A stretch of DNA of 64,000 nucleotides, from contig DUFB01000062.1 of assembly GCA_011192005.1 (NCBI GenBank), positions 12,074 through 76,073 on the forward strand. Direction: 5' to 3'. Of this stretch, positions 1 through 9,283 are shown piece by piece. The first letter of the stretch is position 1. Each line of letters begins with the position of its first letter. The notes beneath the pieces were generated by a model. It was not told where the DNA came from, made no database searches, and saw only the letters and a list, made by a program, of their open reading frames with translations. The position numbers were made by a program, and so were the translations under genes. Source of the DNA: Dehalococcoidia bacterium. GTDB taxonomy: Bacteria > Chloroflexota > Dehalococcoidia > Dehalococcoidales > RBG-16-60-22.

Positions 1-657
1 TATTTTTTCATCATCGCAGACAAGGATGACCTGCTCCGGAGAAAAACCGCCGAGTCTGGTGTAGTAAGATATCATCTCCGGGGTATTGGGATTATAGCCC
101 CACTGACCGGCAAAAGCACGATTCTGAAGGTGTGTCAGTTTCGCTTCTTCGCCGGGTTTGAAACAGCGACAATCGCTGGCAGCCTTATCCGCTTCAGTCC
201 CGTCAATATTAGACAGGTCGATTTTCATATCAAGATAGCTGCGGACGGGCTTAAACCCGGATTTATTCAGCATGATTCTGGCCGCTTTGTTCTCCTCCGG
301 TATATTTACATGAATGTATCTGACACCAAGCTCTTTCACGCGTGATAATGCCTTGGAGAATAGCTGTTTACCCAGTCCCTTTCTGCGGTGTTGGGGTTTG
401 ACCCAGCAGCGGAGGATTACCCGGTTAATATCGGGCTCTGTTCTAAGGTCGAGTCCGCCGATTATCTCGCCGTCCGATTCAACGAGAAACAGGTCCTTTT
501 CAGGCGAGTAATAGGGCCATTCCAGCCAGGTGGCGGCTATACCCGGCGATACCGGGTGACCGGAAGGCCCCAGCTCGTTTGATTCACGGCAGAGAAGGAC
601 ATATTTATCAAAATCCGCCGGATGGTAGTTCCTGATTACGTACGAAGTATCTGTCAT
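1..657 (-). CDS. GNAT-family N-acetyltransferase with tandem-GNAT (MshD-like) layout; 3' end lies beyond the window edge
   Basis: Own reverse-strand translation from ATG (657-655): MTDTSYVIRNYHPADFDKYV... Acetyl-CoA motif QHRRKGLGKQLF. Frame stays open to nt 1. A second GNAT-like half starts near CRCFKPGEEAKLTHLQNRAF. Absent from the ORF track because it is truncated by the edge. Confidence 0.75.
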   Translation of the reverse strand, partial: MTDTSYVIRNYHPADFDKYVLLCRESNELGPSGHPVSPGIAATWLEWPYYSPEKDLFLVESDGEIIGGLDLRTEPDINRVILRCWVKPQHRRKGLGKQLFSKALSRVKELGVRYIHVNIPEENKAARIMLNKSGFKPVRSYLDMKIDLSNIDGTEADKAASDCRCFKPGEEAKLTHLQNRAFAGQWGYNPNTPEMISYYTRLGGFSPEQVILVCDDEKI

Positions 658-753
658 TATTGAACGTCCGTGTTCTTCGGTCACATTGTATCAACTCGTA
701 GAATGTTATACAATTTATAGTGTCCACCCTTACATCAAGGAGTTTCATCTGTA

Positions 754-1446
754 ATGGAAAATGATTATTATATGCTGGTAGTAACGCCGCATCCCGATGA
801 TGCCGAGTTCGGTGTGGCGGGAACGGTGCGCAAGCTGACGCGTGAAGGCAGGAAAGTCGTTTACGTGGTCTGCACCAACGGTGACAAGGGCACCAGCGAC
901 AGGAATATGAAGCCGGAAGACCTGGTGAAAACGCGCGAGAAAGAGCAACGGGCAGCGGCCAGAGTCCTCGGTGTAAGCAAGGTGGAGTTCATGCGCTATC
1001 CCGACCAGGGACTGGAAGATACACCGGAGTTCCGTAAAGCTCTGGTGCGTCTGATACGCCGCTACCGTCCCCAGGTGGTGGTGACGGCAAATCCCTACAT
1101 CAAATATATGTGGCACCGCGACCACCGGATTACCGGACAGGCGGTACTGGACGCAGTCTTTCCCTACGCCCGTGACCACCTTTCGTACCCGGAACTGCTG
1201 GAAGAGGGGCTGGAGCCGCATAAAGTGAGGGAGGTCTGGTTGTGGGGACCGGAGGATGCCAACCATTACTCTGACATAACCGATACTTTCGATACGAAAC
1301 TGCAGGCGCTGGGCTGCCACAAAAGCCAGGTCGGTGATATACCCCAGGAAATGAGAGACAGGATGAGGGACTGGGCCAGGACGATGGCGAAAGGGCAGAA
1401 CTTCGAGCTGGCCGAGGCTTTTCACCGCGTTATGATGAGATATTAG
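754..1446 (+). CDS. PIG-L/LmbE-family N-acetylglucosaminyl deacetylase (MshB/BshB-like)
   Basis: 230-aa ORF. N-terminal PHPDDAEFGVAGT metal-binding signature plus HRDH typical of the LmbE family. AAGGAG upstream of the ATG. Confidence 0.8.
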   Translation: MENDYYMLVVTPHPDDAEFGVAGTVRKLTREGRKVVYVVCTNGDKGTSDRNMKPEDLVKTREKEQRAAARVLGVSKVEFMRYPDQGLEDTPEFRKALVRLIRRYRPQVVVTANPYIKYMWHRDHRITGQAVLDAVFPYARDHLSYPELLEEGLEPHKVREVWLWGPEDANHYSDITDTFDTKLQALGCHKSQVGDIPQEMRDRMRDWARTMAKGQNFELAEAFHRVMMRY

Positions 1447-1458
1447 GCAGCGCCGCGG

Positions 1459-2100
1459 CTAGGATTTTAACCAGAGTACGTCACCGCAGAGGTCCGGGTT
1501 GTGCTCCCGCGACTCGAAAACGGCAAACTCCTCTTTTTCCTTTTTAAGATTGGTTATCTCGCCGTGTCCGGGGTAAATCTGCGTATCATCGGGCAGGACG
1601 AATATCTTCGCCCTGAGAGAATCGATTAGCTGTTTAAGGCTGGCCGGTGACCATGTCTTGCCGGGCCCACCGGGGAAAATGCTGTCGCCGGAGAAGAGGT
1701 GTATCCCGGACCGGAAGCATAAGCCGTCCGGGGTATGCCCTGGGGTATGCAGTACTTCGAAGCTAATATCTCCCAGCATTATGGTATCGCCATCTTTCAG
1801 CGATATTTCAGGTGCCGGTAAGATTTGCGACGAGTCCAGGGCATGAGCACCCAGAGGCACTCTAAGCTCTGACCTCAACGCCGTGAGGGCCCCGGTGTGG
1901 TCCATGTGGTCGTGGGTAAGCAGGATATATTTGGGATTGGTTCCCTTAAGACTTTTTATTATCCTGTCGACCTCGCCGGGAGCATCCACCACCAGGCTTT
2001 CCTTGGTACGATTGCAGACCGCGATATAGCAGTTGGTGCCGTAGGGTCCCAGCTGCAGTTTTTCCACGCGTATGTCTTCATCGTTAAACATTACACTCAT
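1459..2100 (-). CDS. MBL-fold metallo-hydrolase (glyoxalase-II-like)
   Basis: 213 aa. HxHxDH motif as THDHMDH, then HTPGHTP and GD..F. Size typical of hydroxyacylglutathione-hydrolase-like enzymes. Confidence 0.8.
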   Translation of the reverse strand: MSVMFNDEDIRVEKLQLGPYGTNCYIAVCNRTKESLVVDAPGEVDRIIKSLKGTNPKYILLTHDHMDHTGALTALRSELRVPLGAHALDSSQILPAPEISLKDGDTIMLGDISFEVLHTPGHTPDGLCFRSGIHLFSGDSIFPGGPGKTWSPASLKQLIDSLRAKIFVLPDDTQIYPGHGEITNLKKEKEEFAVFESREHNPDLCGDVLWLKS

Positions 2101-2218
2101 AATTTCTGCTCTCCCGATGATAAGATAAGAGACAACGCAGCAGTTATTATTATATCATGTGATAAAATAACCTGTATCGGACTCCATATTATATTAATAA
2201 GGTAGTTAATCACCGGAG

Positions 2219-2809
2219 ATGACGAGACAACAAATTGCCAGAATAGCAGCGAATATACTTAATCCCTATCTGTTAACCTTCATCATCATCATCCTGCTGT
2301 CCATAGAGTCGACATCTTCATCCAACGAAGCTATCAAGTGGTCGCTGATTTCTCTCGCCCTGAGCGTATTTCCCGTTTTCACGGTCGTTTTTTACATGGT
2401 ATACCGGAGGAAGCTCGACGGGATTTTTATTAATCCCCGCCGGCAGAGAAGTCGGATATACCTGCTGGCGATAGCCTGTGCGGTAATCGGGTATATTGTC
2501 CTGGTTATTTTTAAGGCGCCGGAGCTGCTGCGTGCCACTTTTTTATCAGGACTTATAGCCGTCGTGCTTTTCATGATTATCAACCTGTTCTGGAAAATCA
2601 GCCTTCATACCGCTTTTATCACCGCCTCGGTAGCCGTACTGATTATCGTCTACGGCAAAATGGCAGCCTGGACAGTAATATTCGTACCACTGATAGCCTG
2701 GGCACGGCTGGAAATGAGACTTCATACGCCACCCCAGGTGTTTACCGGGGCTTTGCTGGCGGTATCCATTGTGATAATAGTCTTCGGCCTGTTCGGTTTT
2801 GTATGGTAG
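2219..2809 (+). CDS. integral membrane protein (weak PAP2-like His/Arg-His motifs)
   Basis: 196 aa with about 5-6 hydrophobic helices. WKISLHTAF and ARLEMRLHTPPQV resemble PAP2 motifs only loosely. Confidence 0.5.
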   Translation: MTRQQIARIAANILNPYLLTFIIIILLSIESTSSSNEAIKWSLISLALSVFPVFTVVFYMVYRRKLDGIFINPRRQRSRIYLLAIACAVIGYIVLVIFKAPELLRATFLSGLIAVVLFMIINLFWKISLHTAFITASVAVLIIVYGKMAAWTVIFVPLIAWARLEMRLHTPPQVFTGALLAVSIVIIVFGLFGFVW

Positions 2810-2925
2810 GCAGTTGACGTACCCTTTTCCGTATCTGGTAATACTTTTTATCCATGTAAAGAGGCATTGTAAGTTCAAAAGCTGTGTTATAATAATATTC
2901 ACAACTCAGAGGTTAATGAAAGAAA

Positions 2926-3873
2926 TTGATAAAAATACATAAAAAAAGACCGTATTTCACCAGATTTTTATTTGCTTTCATCCTGCTGTTTATACTGGCG
3001 TTTCCGTGCTGCAGCTGTGCATCCACTGATACCATAGATGAGCAGGACGGTAAGTCGTTTATCTGGAAAATATCCGACGATGATAGCTTTGTTTATCTAC
3101 TTGGCTCTATTCATATAGCTTCCTCAGATATATATCCTCTGGCCAGCTCCATAGAAAATGCTTTTCAAGAATCAGACAAGCTCGTGGTCGAGATTAATAT
3201 CAAGGAAGTCGGCCCAATAACAACCATGTTATTGTTTGAGAAATACGGAACCTACCCTGCGGGGGGAGGACTAAAACAAAACCTCGACGAGGATCTGTAT
3301 AAGAGACTGGAAGCCAGTCTAGAGGAAATGGGAGTTTCAATATCCGCTTATGATGGTTATCGTCCCTGGGTAGTCGTTACCCTGACACAAGAAACGGTAA
3401 TGGTGGAAAAAGAGTATTCGGCAGAGCACGGTATCGACATCTATTTCCTGGAGAAAGCGGTTGAACGTGATATGGAGATACTGGAGCTGGAGACAGTGGA
3501 ATACCAGCTAAAATTAATGAGCGATTTCCCGGACGAATTGATGATTCTGATGATTGAAAAGAGCTTGGAACCACCAGGCCTGGATGATTATATTGATATT
3601 ATCGGTTATATGTTTAAACAATGGAAAAAGGGGAGTGTCGAAGGAATTGAGGAAGTGGTATTCAAAGATCTGGAAGAAGAACCGTCTCTGGCACCTTATT
3701 ACGAAGTATTTCTCTACCAGCGCAATTACGAAATGATGGACAAGATAGAAGAATATTTAACGGACGAATACACCTACTTTATCGTCGTGGGTGCGGGACA
3801 CCTGGTCGGTGAAGAAGGTTTACTGAACTTACTTGAAGAAGCGGGATACGAAGTAGAGCAGCTGGGGGATTAG
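2926..3873 (+). CDS. TraB/GumN-family protein, secreted or lipid-anchored
   Basis: 315 aa. Hydrophobic N-terminus with Cys-rich lipobox-like FPCCSCAS. LLGSIH and VVGAGHLVG motifs of the TraB/GumN family. TTG start; no in-frame ATG in the signal region. Confidence 0.7.
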   Translation: MIKIHKKRPYFTRFLFAFILLFILAFPCCSCASTDTIDEQDGKSFIWKISDDDSFVYLLGSIHIASSDIYPLASSIENAFQESDKLVVEINIKEVGPITTMLLFEKYGTYPAGGGLKQNLDEDLYKRLEASLEEMGVSISAYDGYRPWVVVTLTQETVMVEKEYSAEHGIDIYFLEKAVERDMEILELETVEYQLKLMSDFPDELMILMIEKSLEPPGLDDYIDIIGYMFKQWKKGSVEGIEEVVFKDLEEEPSLAPYYEVFLYQRNYEMMDKIEEYLTDEYTYFIVVGAGHLVGEEGLLNLLEEAGYEVEQLGD

Positions 3874-3891
3874 CACAAAAGTGGCCGGTTT

Positions 3892-4047
3892 CTACCAGCG
3901 GAAACGTCTGATCCGTATATTCTCATATGGATATTTATCATATTGTTCTCGTTTAGCCTTTTTTACTCTGGCGTTCTGGTCATAGATCATGTCAATGAAA
4001 TGCATTATTCCCCAGAATACTTTTTTAATGAATCTAAAGAAGAACAT
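3892..4047 (-). CDS. candidate small protein (51 aa), hydrophobic N-terminus and basic C-terminus
   Basis: Hand-translated: MFFFRFIKKVFWGIMHFIDMIYDQNARVKKAKREQYDKYPYENIRIRRFRW*. AAGGAGGTG (4060-4052) lies 4 nt before the ATG. Below the 60-aa cutoff of the ORF track. Sits directly downstream of the ftsK stop. Confidence 0.35.
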   Translation of the reverse strand: MFFFRFIKKVFWGIMHFIDMIYDQNARVKKAKREQYDKYPYENIRIRRFRW

Positions 4048-4075
4048 AACACACCTCCTTCAATCAGGCAAGGTG

Positions 4076-6367
4076 TTATACTTCGTTTTCAGGATTCGGG
4101 GTTGTTTCTTCCCTGCCCAGTTCGGCTTCCAGCTGTTCCATGAGGCGCGCCGCCCGTGGATAGCCGATATGGAGGCGCCTTTGAAGGAAAGAAGTGGAGA
4201 TATTACTGTCCTTAGCCAGTTCTTTGGCCTGCTCCAGCAGGGGGTCTCTGGGGTGTCCGCCGATAGTCCCCGAGGGTGCGGTGGCAACCAGTGTTTCCAG
4301 CCTTAATTTATCGGGCTGCTCTCTTTGCTGGCTGCTCCAGAAATAGACAAGTCTTTCTATTTCGGAGTCGGAGAGGAAACAGCCTTGGAGGCGCTTCGGC
4401 TTGGCGGCCTCGGTGGGCATGAAGAGCATATCGCCCCTGCCGAGGAGCTTTTCCGCACCGGCGCCGTCGAGAATAGTACGCGAGTCTACCTGCGAGGTAA
4501 CCGCGAAGCTCATACGGGTGGGGAAATTGGCTTTAATCAGGCCGGTGACGACATCCACCGAAGGACGCTGTGTCGCCACTACCAGGTGAATGCCAGTAGC
4601 CCGGGCGAGCTGGGCTAAACGACAGAGGTTACTCTCAACCTCGTCAAAGCCAGCCATCATCAGGTCGGCTAGCTCATCGATAATCAGGACGAGATAGGGC
4701 AGTTTTTCGTCGCACTCTTTGTTCTTATTATAGCCCTCAATATGGCGCGCTCCCTCGGCAGCCAGCTTCTGATACCGCTGGTCCATTTCCTGGCTGAGCC
4801 AGCGCAGGGCATTCAGCGCCTTGTTCGTATCCACGATTACCGGAGTTGCCAAGTGAGGAATGCTGTTATATTGCGTAAGCTCGACCCGCTTGGGGTCGAT
4901 GAGGATAAAGCGGACATCGTTTGGTGTGTTGTGCATCAAGATACAGCAGATAATGGTATTGAGGCAGACTGTCTTGCCGCTGCCGGTGGCTCCGGCAATC
5001 AGAAGGTGGGGCATTTTTATAAGGTCGGCCGCAACAGCTTCGCCACCGGCTCCCTTGCCCAGAGCTAGAGTCAGCTTTGATTTCGCCAGCGATTTCTGGA
5101 ACGGGCTGGTCTCGACGACACCGCGCAGGCTTACCATGTCCGACGTGGTATTAGGGACTTCAATCCCGATAATGGATTTACCGGGCACCGGGGCCTCGAT
5201 TCTGATACTGGGCGCCGCCAGCGCCAGAGCCATGTCGTTGGCCAGCGATGTTATCCTTTCCACCTTGACCCTGGTCTTGGATACCTCGTCCATCCTGACC
5301 TGGACGTTGCCGTTTTCGTCCTTTTCCTTTATCTCCTTGTATTTGCGGTCCCAACCGGGCTCGACACCGAACTGGGTAACCGTCGGGCCGGTATTTATCT
5401 GTACAACCTTGGCTTCGACACCGTAGCTTGCCAGCGAGTCTTCGATAAGCTTGGCCCTCTGCACGTTGTCGGCATCGGTAAATTCTACTTCAGGCGATAC
5501 ATCCAGAATATCGATGGGCGGTAATTTCCAGCCGTCAACCACCACTAGGTTAGGGGACTGACCGTATTTCCTCCAGACTTCTTCAGCCACCTGTTTCAGG
5601 TCACTCTGCCGTGGCTGCGGGATGGGCATGATATCAGGTCTGGCTGGTTTTAGAGTCGCGGCATGCCCTGCGATATCTTCCAGCCTCTTCATCGAGGAAC
5701 TAACCTCAGGGGCGATAACCGGCCGTGTTGTTGTGTCAGGTAAAGACGGTTTGGTGGCGGGAGGTCTCATGTCCGCACGCCGTTGCTGGCTCTCTTTCGG
5801 CGTACGTAAGGGAACCGTCTTACGACTGAATCTCTCGTACAGCCAGCTAAAGAATCCCGTGACAACCTGCCAGCTCTCGGAGGGAGCCATCAGGATTATA
5901 CCGAGGATAATAAATCCAACAACGCAGAAAGCACTGAGTGCTGCGGAGTCTGCAGAATATACTATCAAACCACGTCCGAACTCCCCACCCAGACCATGAT
6001 CAAAGACACCTTCAATAGCCGGTGAAAAAGCCAGTATCGCCCATATCGCCAGGACAAAGGTAATACCTCCCATCCAGCGGTACCAGCTGAATAGCAGCGT
6101 CGATAAAGCGCGTTTCCATATCAGCACGATCAAAATAATGATAGCAATTGCGATAAAAGCCAGCCCAACCCCGAACAAATCGACAAGGCTATTCAGGCCG
6201 TTCTTGATATCCTCCCAGAATACCGCCAGGAGCACTACAATGACCGCGGTCATGATAAGCTGCCGTACCGGAGTGGATATCAACACCCGGAAAAATCCGC
6301 CACCACCTGGGTTTTTAGCAGTCTTCCCGGGTACACCCGATTTTTTGGCATTTCTTTTTCTGGCCAT
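4076..6367 (-). CDS. ftsK: DNA translocase FtsK/SpoIIIE
   Basis: 763 aa. N-terminal TM helices, Pro/Ser-rich linker, Walker A GATGSGKT, Walker B LVLIIDELAD. C-terminal gamma winged helix (TSFLQRRLHIGYPRAARLMEQLE). Confidence 0.95.
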   Translation of the reverse strand: MARKRNAKKSGVPGKTAKNPGGGGFFRVLISTPVRQLIMTAVIVVLLAVFWEDIKNGLNSLVDLFGVGLAFIAIAIIILIVLIWKRALSTLLFSWYRWMGGITFVLAIWAILAFSPAIEGVFDHGLGGEFGRGLIVYSADSAALSAFCVVGFIILGIILMAPSESWQVVTGFFSWLYERFSRKTVPLRTPKESQQRRADMRPPATKPSLPDTTTRPVIAPEVSSSMKRLEDIAGHAATLKPARPDIMPIPQPRQSDLKQVAEEVWRKYGQSPNLVVVDGWKLPPIDILDVSPEVEFTDADNVQRAKLIEDSLASYGVEAKVVQINTGPTVTQFGVEPGWDRKYKEIKEKDENGNVQVRMDEVSKTRVKVERITSLANDMALALAAPSIRIEAPVPGKSIIGIEVPNTTSDMVSLRGVVETSPFQKSLAKSKLTLALGKGAGGEAVAADLIKMPHLLIAGATGSGKTVCLNTIICCILMHNTPNDVRFILIDPKRVELTQYNSIPHLATPVIVDTNKALNALRWLSQEMDQRYQKLAAEGARHIEGYNKNKECDEKLPYLVLIIDELADLMMAGFDEVESNLCRLAQLARATGIHLVVATQRPSVDVVTGLIKANFPTRMSFAVTSQVDSRTILDGAGAEKLLGRGDMLFMPTEAAKPKRLQGCFLSDSEIERLVYFWSSQQREQPDKLRLETLVATAPSGTIGGHPRDPLLEQAKELAKDSNISTSFLQRRLHIGYPRAARLMEQLEAELGREETTPNPENEV

Positions 6368-6395
6368 ACTTAACTTCCACTCCGTAGAGTTTATA

Positions 6396-8057
6396 TTATA
6401 CCTTGACCATGAAGGGGAGAATCATGGGGCGTCGTTTGGTCTTCTTGTAATAGAACTTCTCTAGAGTATCCTTGACCTTGGTATTGATAAAGCCCCATTC
6501 GGCGATACGTCCGCTGCCGTGGTCTAGGGTCTTTGCCAAAAGCTCACGGCTCTCGTCCATCATATCTCGCGACTCACGTGTATCGACGAATCCCCGGGTA
6601 ACGATATCGGGTCGCCCTACCAGCTTGCCCGACTGGCGGTTAACGGCGATAATAACGACGACAATGCCATCCCGTGAGAGCATTCTCCTGGTACGTAGGA
6701 CAACGCCTTCAGAGTCGCCGACACTGAGCCCATCAACGTAAACGTTGCCCGATCCGACCTTTCCGTTTATCCTGGCTTGCTGGGCGGTAAGTTCGAGGAC
6801 ATCGCCGTCTTCGAGGACGAAGATATTTGCAGCAGGAATACCGATTTCCTCGCCCAGCCTGGCGTGAAGACTGAGATGTCGGTATTCCCCGTGTATCGGC
6901 ACGAAAAATCTGGGCTTTACCAGGTTCAGGAGCAGCTTGAGTTCCTCCTGGCTGCCGTGTCCGTGAACATGTACCTGTCCCAGCTTATCGTACATCACCT
7001 GGGCACCCTGTTTGAAAAGACTGTCGACCGTCCTGTTTACCAGCGATTCGTTGCCGGGAACCGGGGTTGCCGACAGCACGATGGTATCGCCGCGCTGTAT
7101 GTGAACATGGCGGTGGTCACGGTTGGCCATACGCACCAGCGCCGATGTGGGCTCTCCTTGACTGCCGGTGGTTACCATTACTATCCTGTTATTCGGCATC
7201 CCTTTCAGTTCGTCGATGCGACCCAGAATGCCCTCGGGTGCATTGAGATACCCCATATCCAGGGCCATCCTTACTGTCTCGGACATACTGCGGCCGACGA
7301 TAAAGACCCGGCGCTCGTGTTTGACGGCGGCGTCGATGACCTGCTGAACCCGCGAGATCAAAGAGGAAAACGTGGTAACGACCACTCTTCCCGGGGCGTT
7401 GGCGATGACGTTTTCCAGCGAGGCGCCAACAATCTGTTCCGAGGGTGTATAGCCGGGAAGCTCGGCGTAGGTAGAATCGGAGAGCAGCAGGAGCACACCC
7501 TGAGCGCCCAACTGCGCCAGCCGCGACAGGTCTGTCCCATTGCCATTGACCGGAGTATAGTCGACCTTGAAGTCACCGCTGTGAACGACGATGCCTTCGG
7601 GGGTGGTGACAATCACGCCCGCGGCGTCGGGGATGCTGTGACACACGGGAAACAACTCTATTTTGAACTTTCCGAGGGTCGCTTCCTTACCGAACTCCAG
7701 TATTTTAAGGTCGGCAACTTCTTTTATCCTTCTTTCTTTCAGCTTGACCTGGATAAGTCCCTGGGTGAGTTTGGTGGAGTATATGGGCACCTTGTTTATC
7801 TGGGGCAGAAGGTAAGGCAGGGCACCGATGTGGTCTTCATGACCGTGGGTGACGACAATACCCCTGATTTTATCACGTTTTTCCACGACGTAACTGAGGT
7901 CGGGGATAACCAGGTCGATACCCAGCATATCTTCCTCGGGGAACATGAGCCCACAGTCGATAACGAGGATATCATCGGCGTATTCCAGCAGCATCATGTT
8001 CTTGCCGATTTCACCCAGCCCACCGAGGGGAATCAGTTTTAATTTAGGCCTGGACAT
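6396..8057 (-). CDS. rnj: ribonuclease J (beta-CASP metallo-beta-lactamase RNase)
   Basis: 553 aa. LIPLGGLGEIGKN N-terminus, HGHEDHIG motif, beta-CASP-length architecture. Confidence 0.9.
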   Translation of the reverse strand: MSRPKLKLIPLGGLGEIGKNMMLLEYADDILVIDCGLMFPEEDMLGIDLVIPDLSYVVEKRDKIRGIVVTHGHEDHIGALPYLLPQINKVPIYSTKLTQGLIQVKLKERRIKEVADLKILEFGKEATLGKFKIELFPVCHSIPDAAGVIVTTPEGIVVHSGDFKVDYTPVNGNGTDLSRLAQLGAQGVLLLLSDSTYAELPGYTPSEQIVGASLENVIANAPGRVVVTTFSSLISRVQQVIDAAVKHERRVFIVGRSMSETVRMALDMGYLNAPEGILGRIDELKGMPNNRIVMVTTGSQGEPTSALVRMANRDHRHVHIQRGDTIVLSATPVPGNESLVNRTVDSLFKQGAQVMYDKLGQVHVHGHGSQEELKLLLNLVKPRFFVPIHGEYRHLSLHARLGEEIGIPAANIFVLEDGDVLELTAQQARINGKVGSGNVYVDGLSVGDSEGVVLRTRRMLSRDGIVVVIIAVNRQSGKLVGRPDIVTRGFVDTRESRDMMDESRELLAKTLDHGSGRIAEWGFINTKVKDTLEKFYYKKTKRRPMILPFMVKV

Positions 8058-8058
8058 C

Positions 8059-8664
8059 TTATTGAACCTCGAACATATTTAACTGCTGTGGCTGCGGTGC
8101 GGTCTCTTTGACGGTATCGCTTTCGACGAGAAGGGCCGGTATTTTATTCATATCAGCCTCGATGGTTTGCCTCAGGCTCTGCTGGTGCAGGGCGGCGGCG
8201 GGATGGTACATGGCGAAGTATATAATACCGTCCTTTTTCAGGGCCGTGCCGTGAATCTTGCTTATGGTTTTCCCCGGAAAATACCTTGCCATGGAGTAGC
8301 GTCCCAGCGTCACTATCATCCTGGGCTGGATAATCTCGATCTGCTTGTCCAGCCAGGGCTGGCAGTTAGTTATCTCCGAAGGCAGGGGGTCCCGGTTGCC
8401 CGTCGGGCGGCACTTGATGACGTTGGCTATATAGACCTGCTTACGGTTGAGGTTGATGGAAGCCAGTAGCTGATCGAGAAACTGCCCGGCCGGTCCCACG
8501 AACGGGCGTCCCTGCTGGTCTTCGTGCCATCCGGGAGCTTCACCGATGAACATGATATCGGCATCTTCGGCTCCCTCACCGGGGACGACAGTGGTGCGGG
8601 CTCGTGATATTTCACATTTATGGCAGAGGGCAATCTGCTCGTAAAGCTCGGTCAGCAGTGACAT
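8059..8664 (-). CDS. udg: uracil-DNA glycosylase, family 4
   Basis: CHKC Cys pair near the N-terminus, GEAPGWHED motif, YHPAAAL near the C-terminus. ATG at 8664 gives the family-typical N-terminus. The track's longer ORF starts at GTG 8703, inside a TTGACT-17-TATCAT promoter-like element. Confidence 0.8.
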   Translation of the reverse strand: MSLLTELYEQIALCHKCEISRARTTVVPGEGAEDADIMFIGEAPGWHEDQQGRPFVGPAGQFLDQLLASINLNRKQVYIANVIKCRPTGNRDPLPSEITNCQPWLDKQIEIIQPRMIVTLGRYSMARYFPGKTISKIHGTALKKDGIIYFAMYHPAAALHQQSLRQTIEADMNKIPALLVESDTVKETAPQPQQLNMFEVQ

Positions 8665-8791
8665 AATTGTATCCTGTGATGTCTCTCTGAGGTATGATAA
8701 CACCGCCGATAGGTCAAGTCAATCGGTGAGTTACGTCTAGCGTCCACTGCCACAGGCTCGTACTGGGGAAGAAATATCTTTAATCCCATGC

Positions 8792-9256
8792 CTATCGTAC
8801 TACCGGCAGTCCCTTGGCTTCCCATTCACCGATACCACCGGAAATATTGTAGACTTCCTTGAAGCCGAGTTCTGCCATGATATCCCTGGTGTCTGAGCTC
8901 CGCCTCCCCGAACGACAATAGACGAGATAGGACTTGGTTTTATCAAGTTTATTCAGCTGCGCCCTGATATCATCGGCAAGAAAATCAATATTGATTGCCC
9001 CTTCTATATGGCCGCCGCTGTACTCTTCCGGAGTGCGGACATCGAGAATAATAAATCCAGGATTGCCGGCGTTTTCCTGAATCAGATTACTGGCTTTGTT
9101 AACGGTTATGTCATATATCCGTTGTTCCGACGGTTGACTGCTGCTACCAGCACCGGTGATATACTCGCAGCTACCGGCTATGACAAAAGAGGACAGTAAC
9201 AGCCATATTAAAGTGAGTAACAGGAGTTTACATCTGGTGCTAAAAATAATCTTCAT
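8792..9256 (-). CDS. secreted rhodanese-domain sulfurtransferase
   Basis: 154 aa. Hydrophobic signal-like N-terminus. Rhodanese active-site loop CRSGRRS. Confidence 0.8.
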   Translation of the reverse strand: MKIIFSTRCKLLLLTLIWLLLSSFVIAGSCEYITGAGSSSQPSEQRIYDITVNKASNLIQENAGNPGFIILDVRTPEEYSGGHIEGAINIDFLADDIRAQLNKLDKTKSYLVYCRSGRRSSDTRDIMAELGFKEVYNISGGIGEWEAKGLPVVR

Positions 9257-9283
9257 CCCAGAAAACAGAGCACTTGAGTGAAG

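Noticed and set aside
6777-8042. 421-aa ORF antisense to rnj. Similar long antisense ORFs occur at 745-1425, 13639-14253, 19409-20233, 22106-22753, 50736-51374, 56216-56920, 60789-61445 and 61858-62607.
   Set aside because: Each lies fully opposite a gene with unmistakable family motifs. The translations are low-complexity (Arg/Gly/Pro/Ser-rich) with no motifs or SDs. Open antisense frames are a known by-product of codon bias in the sense gene.
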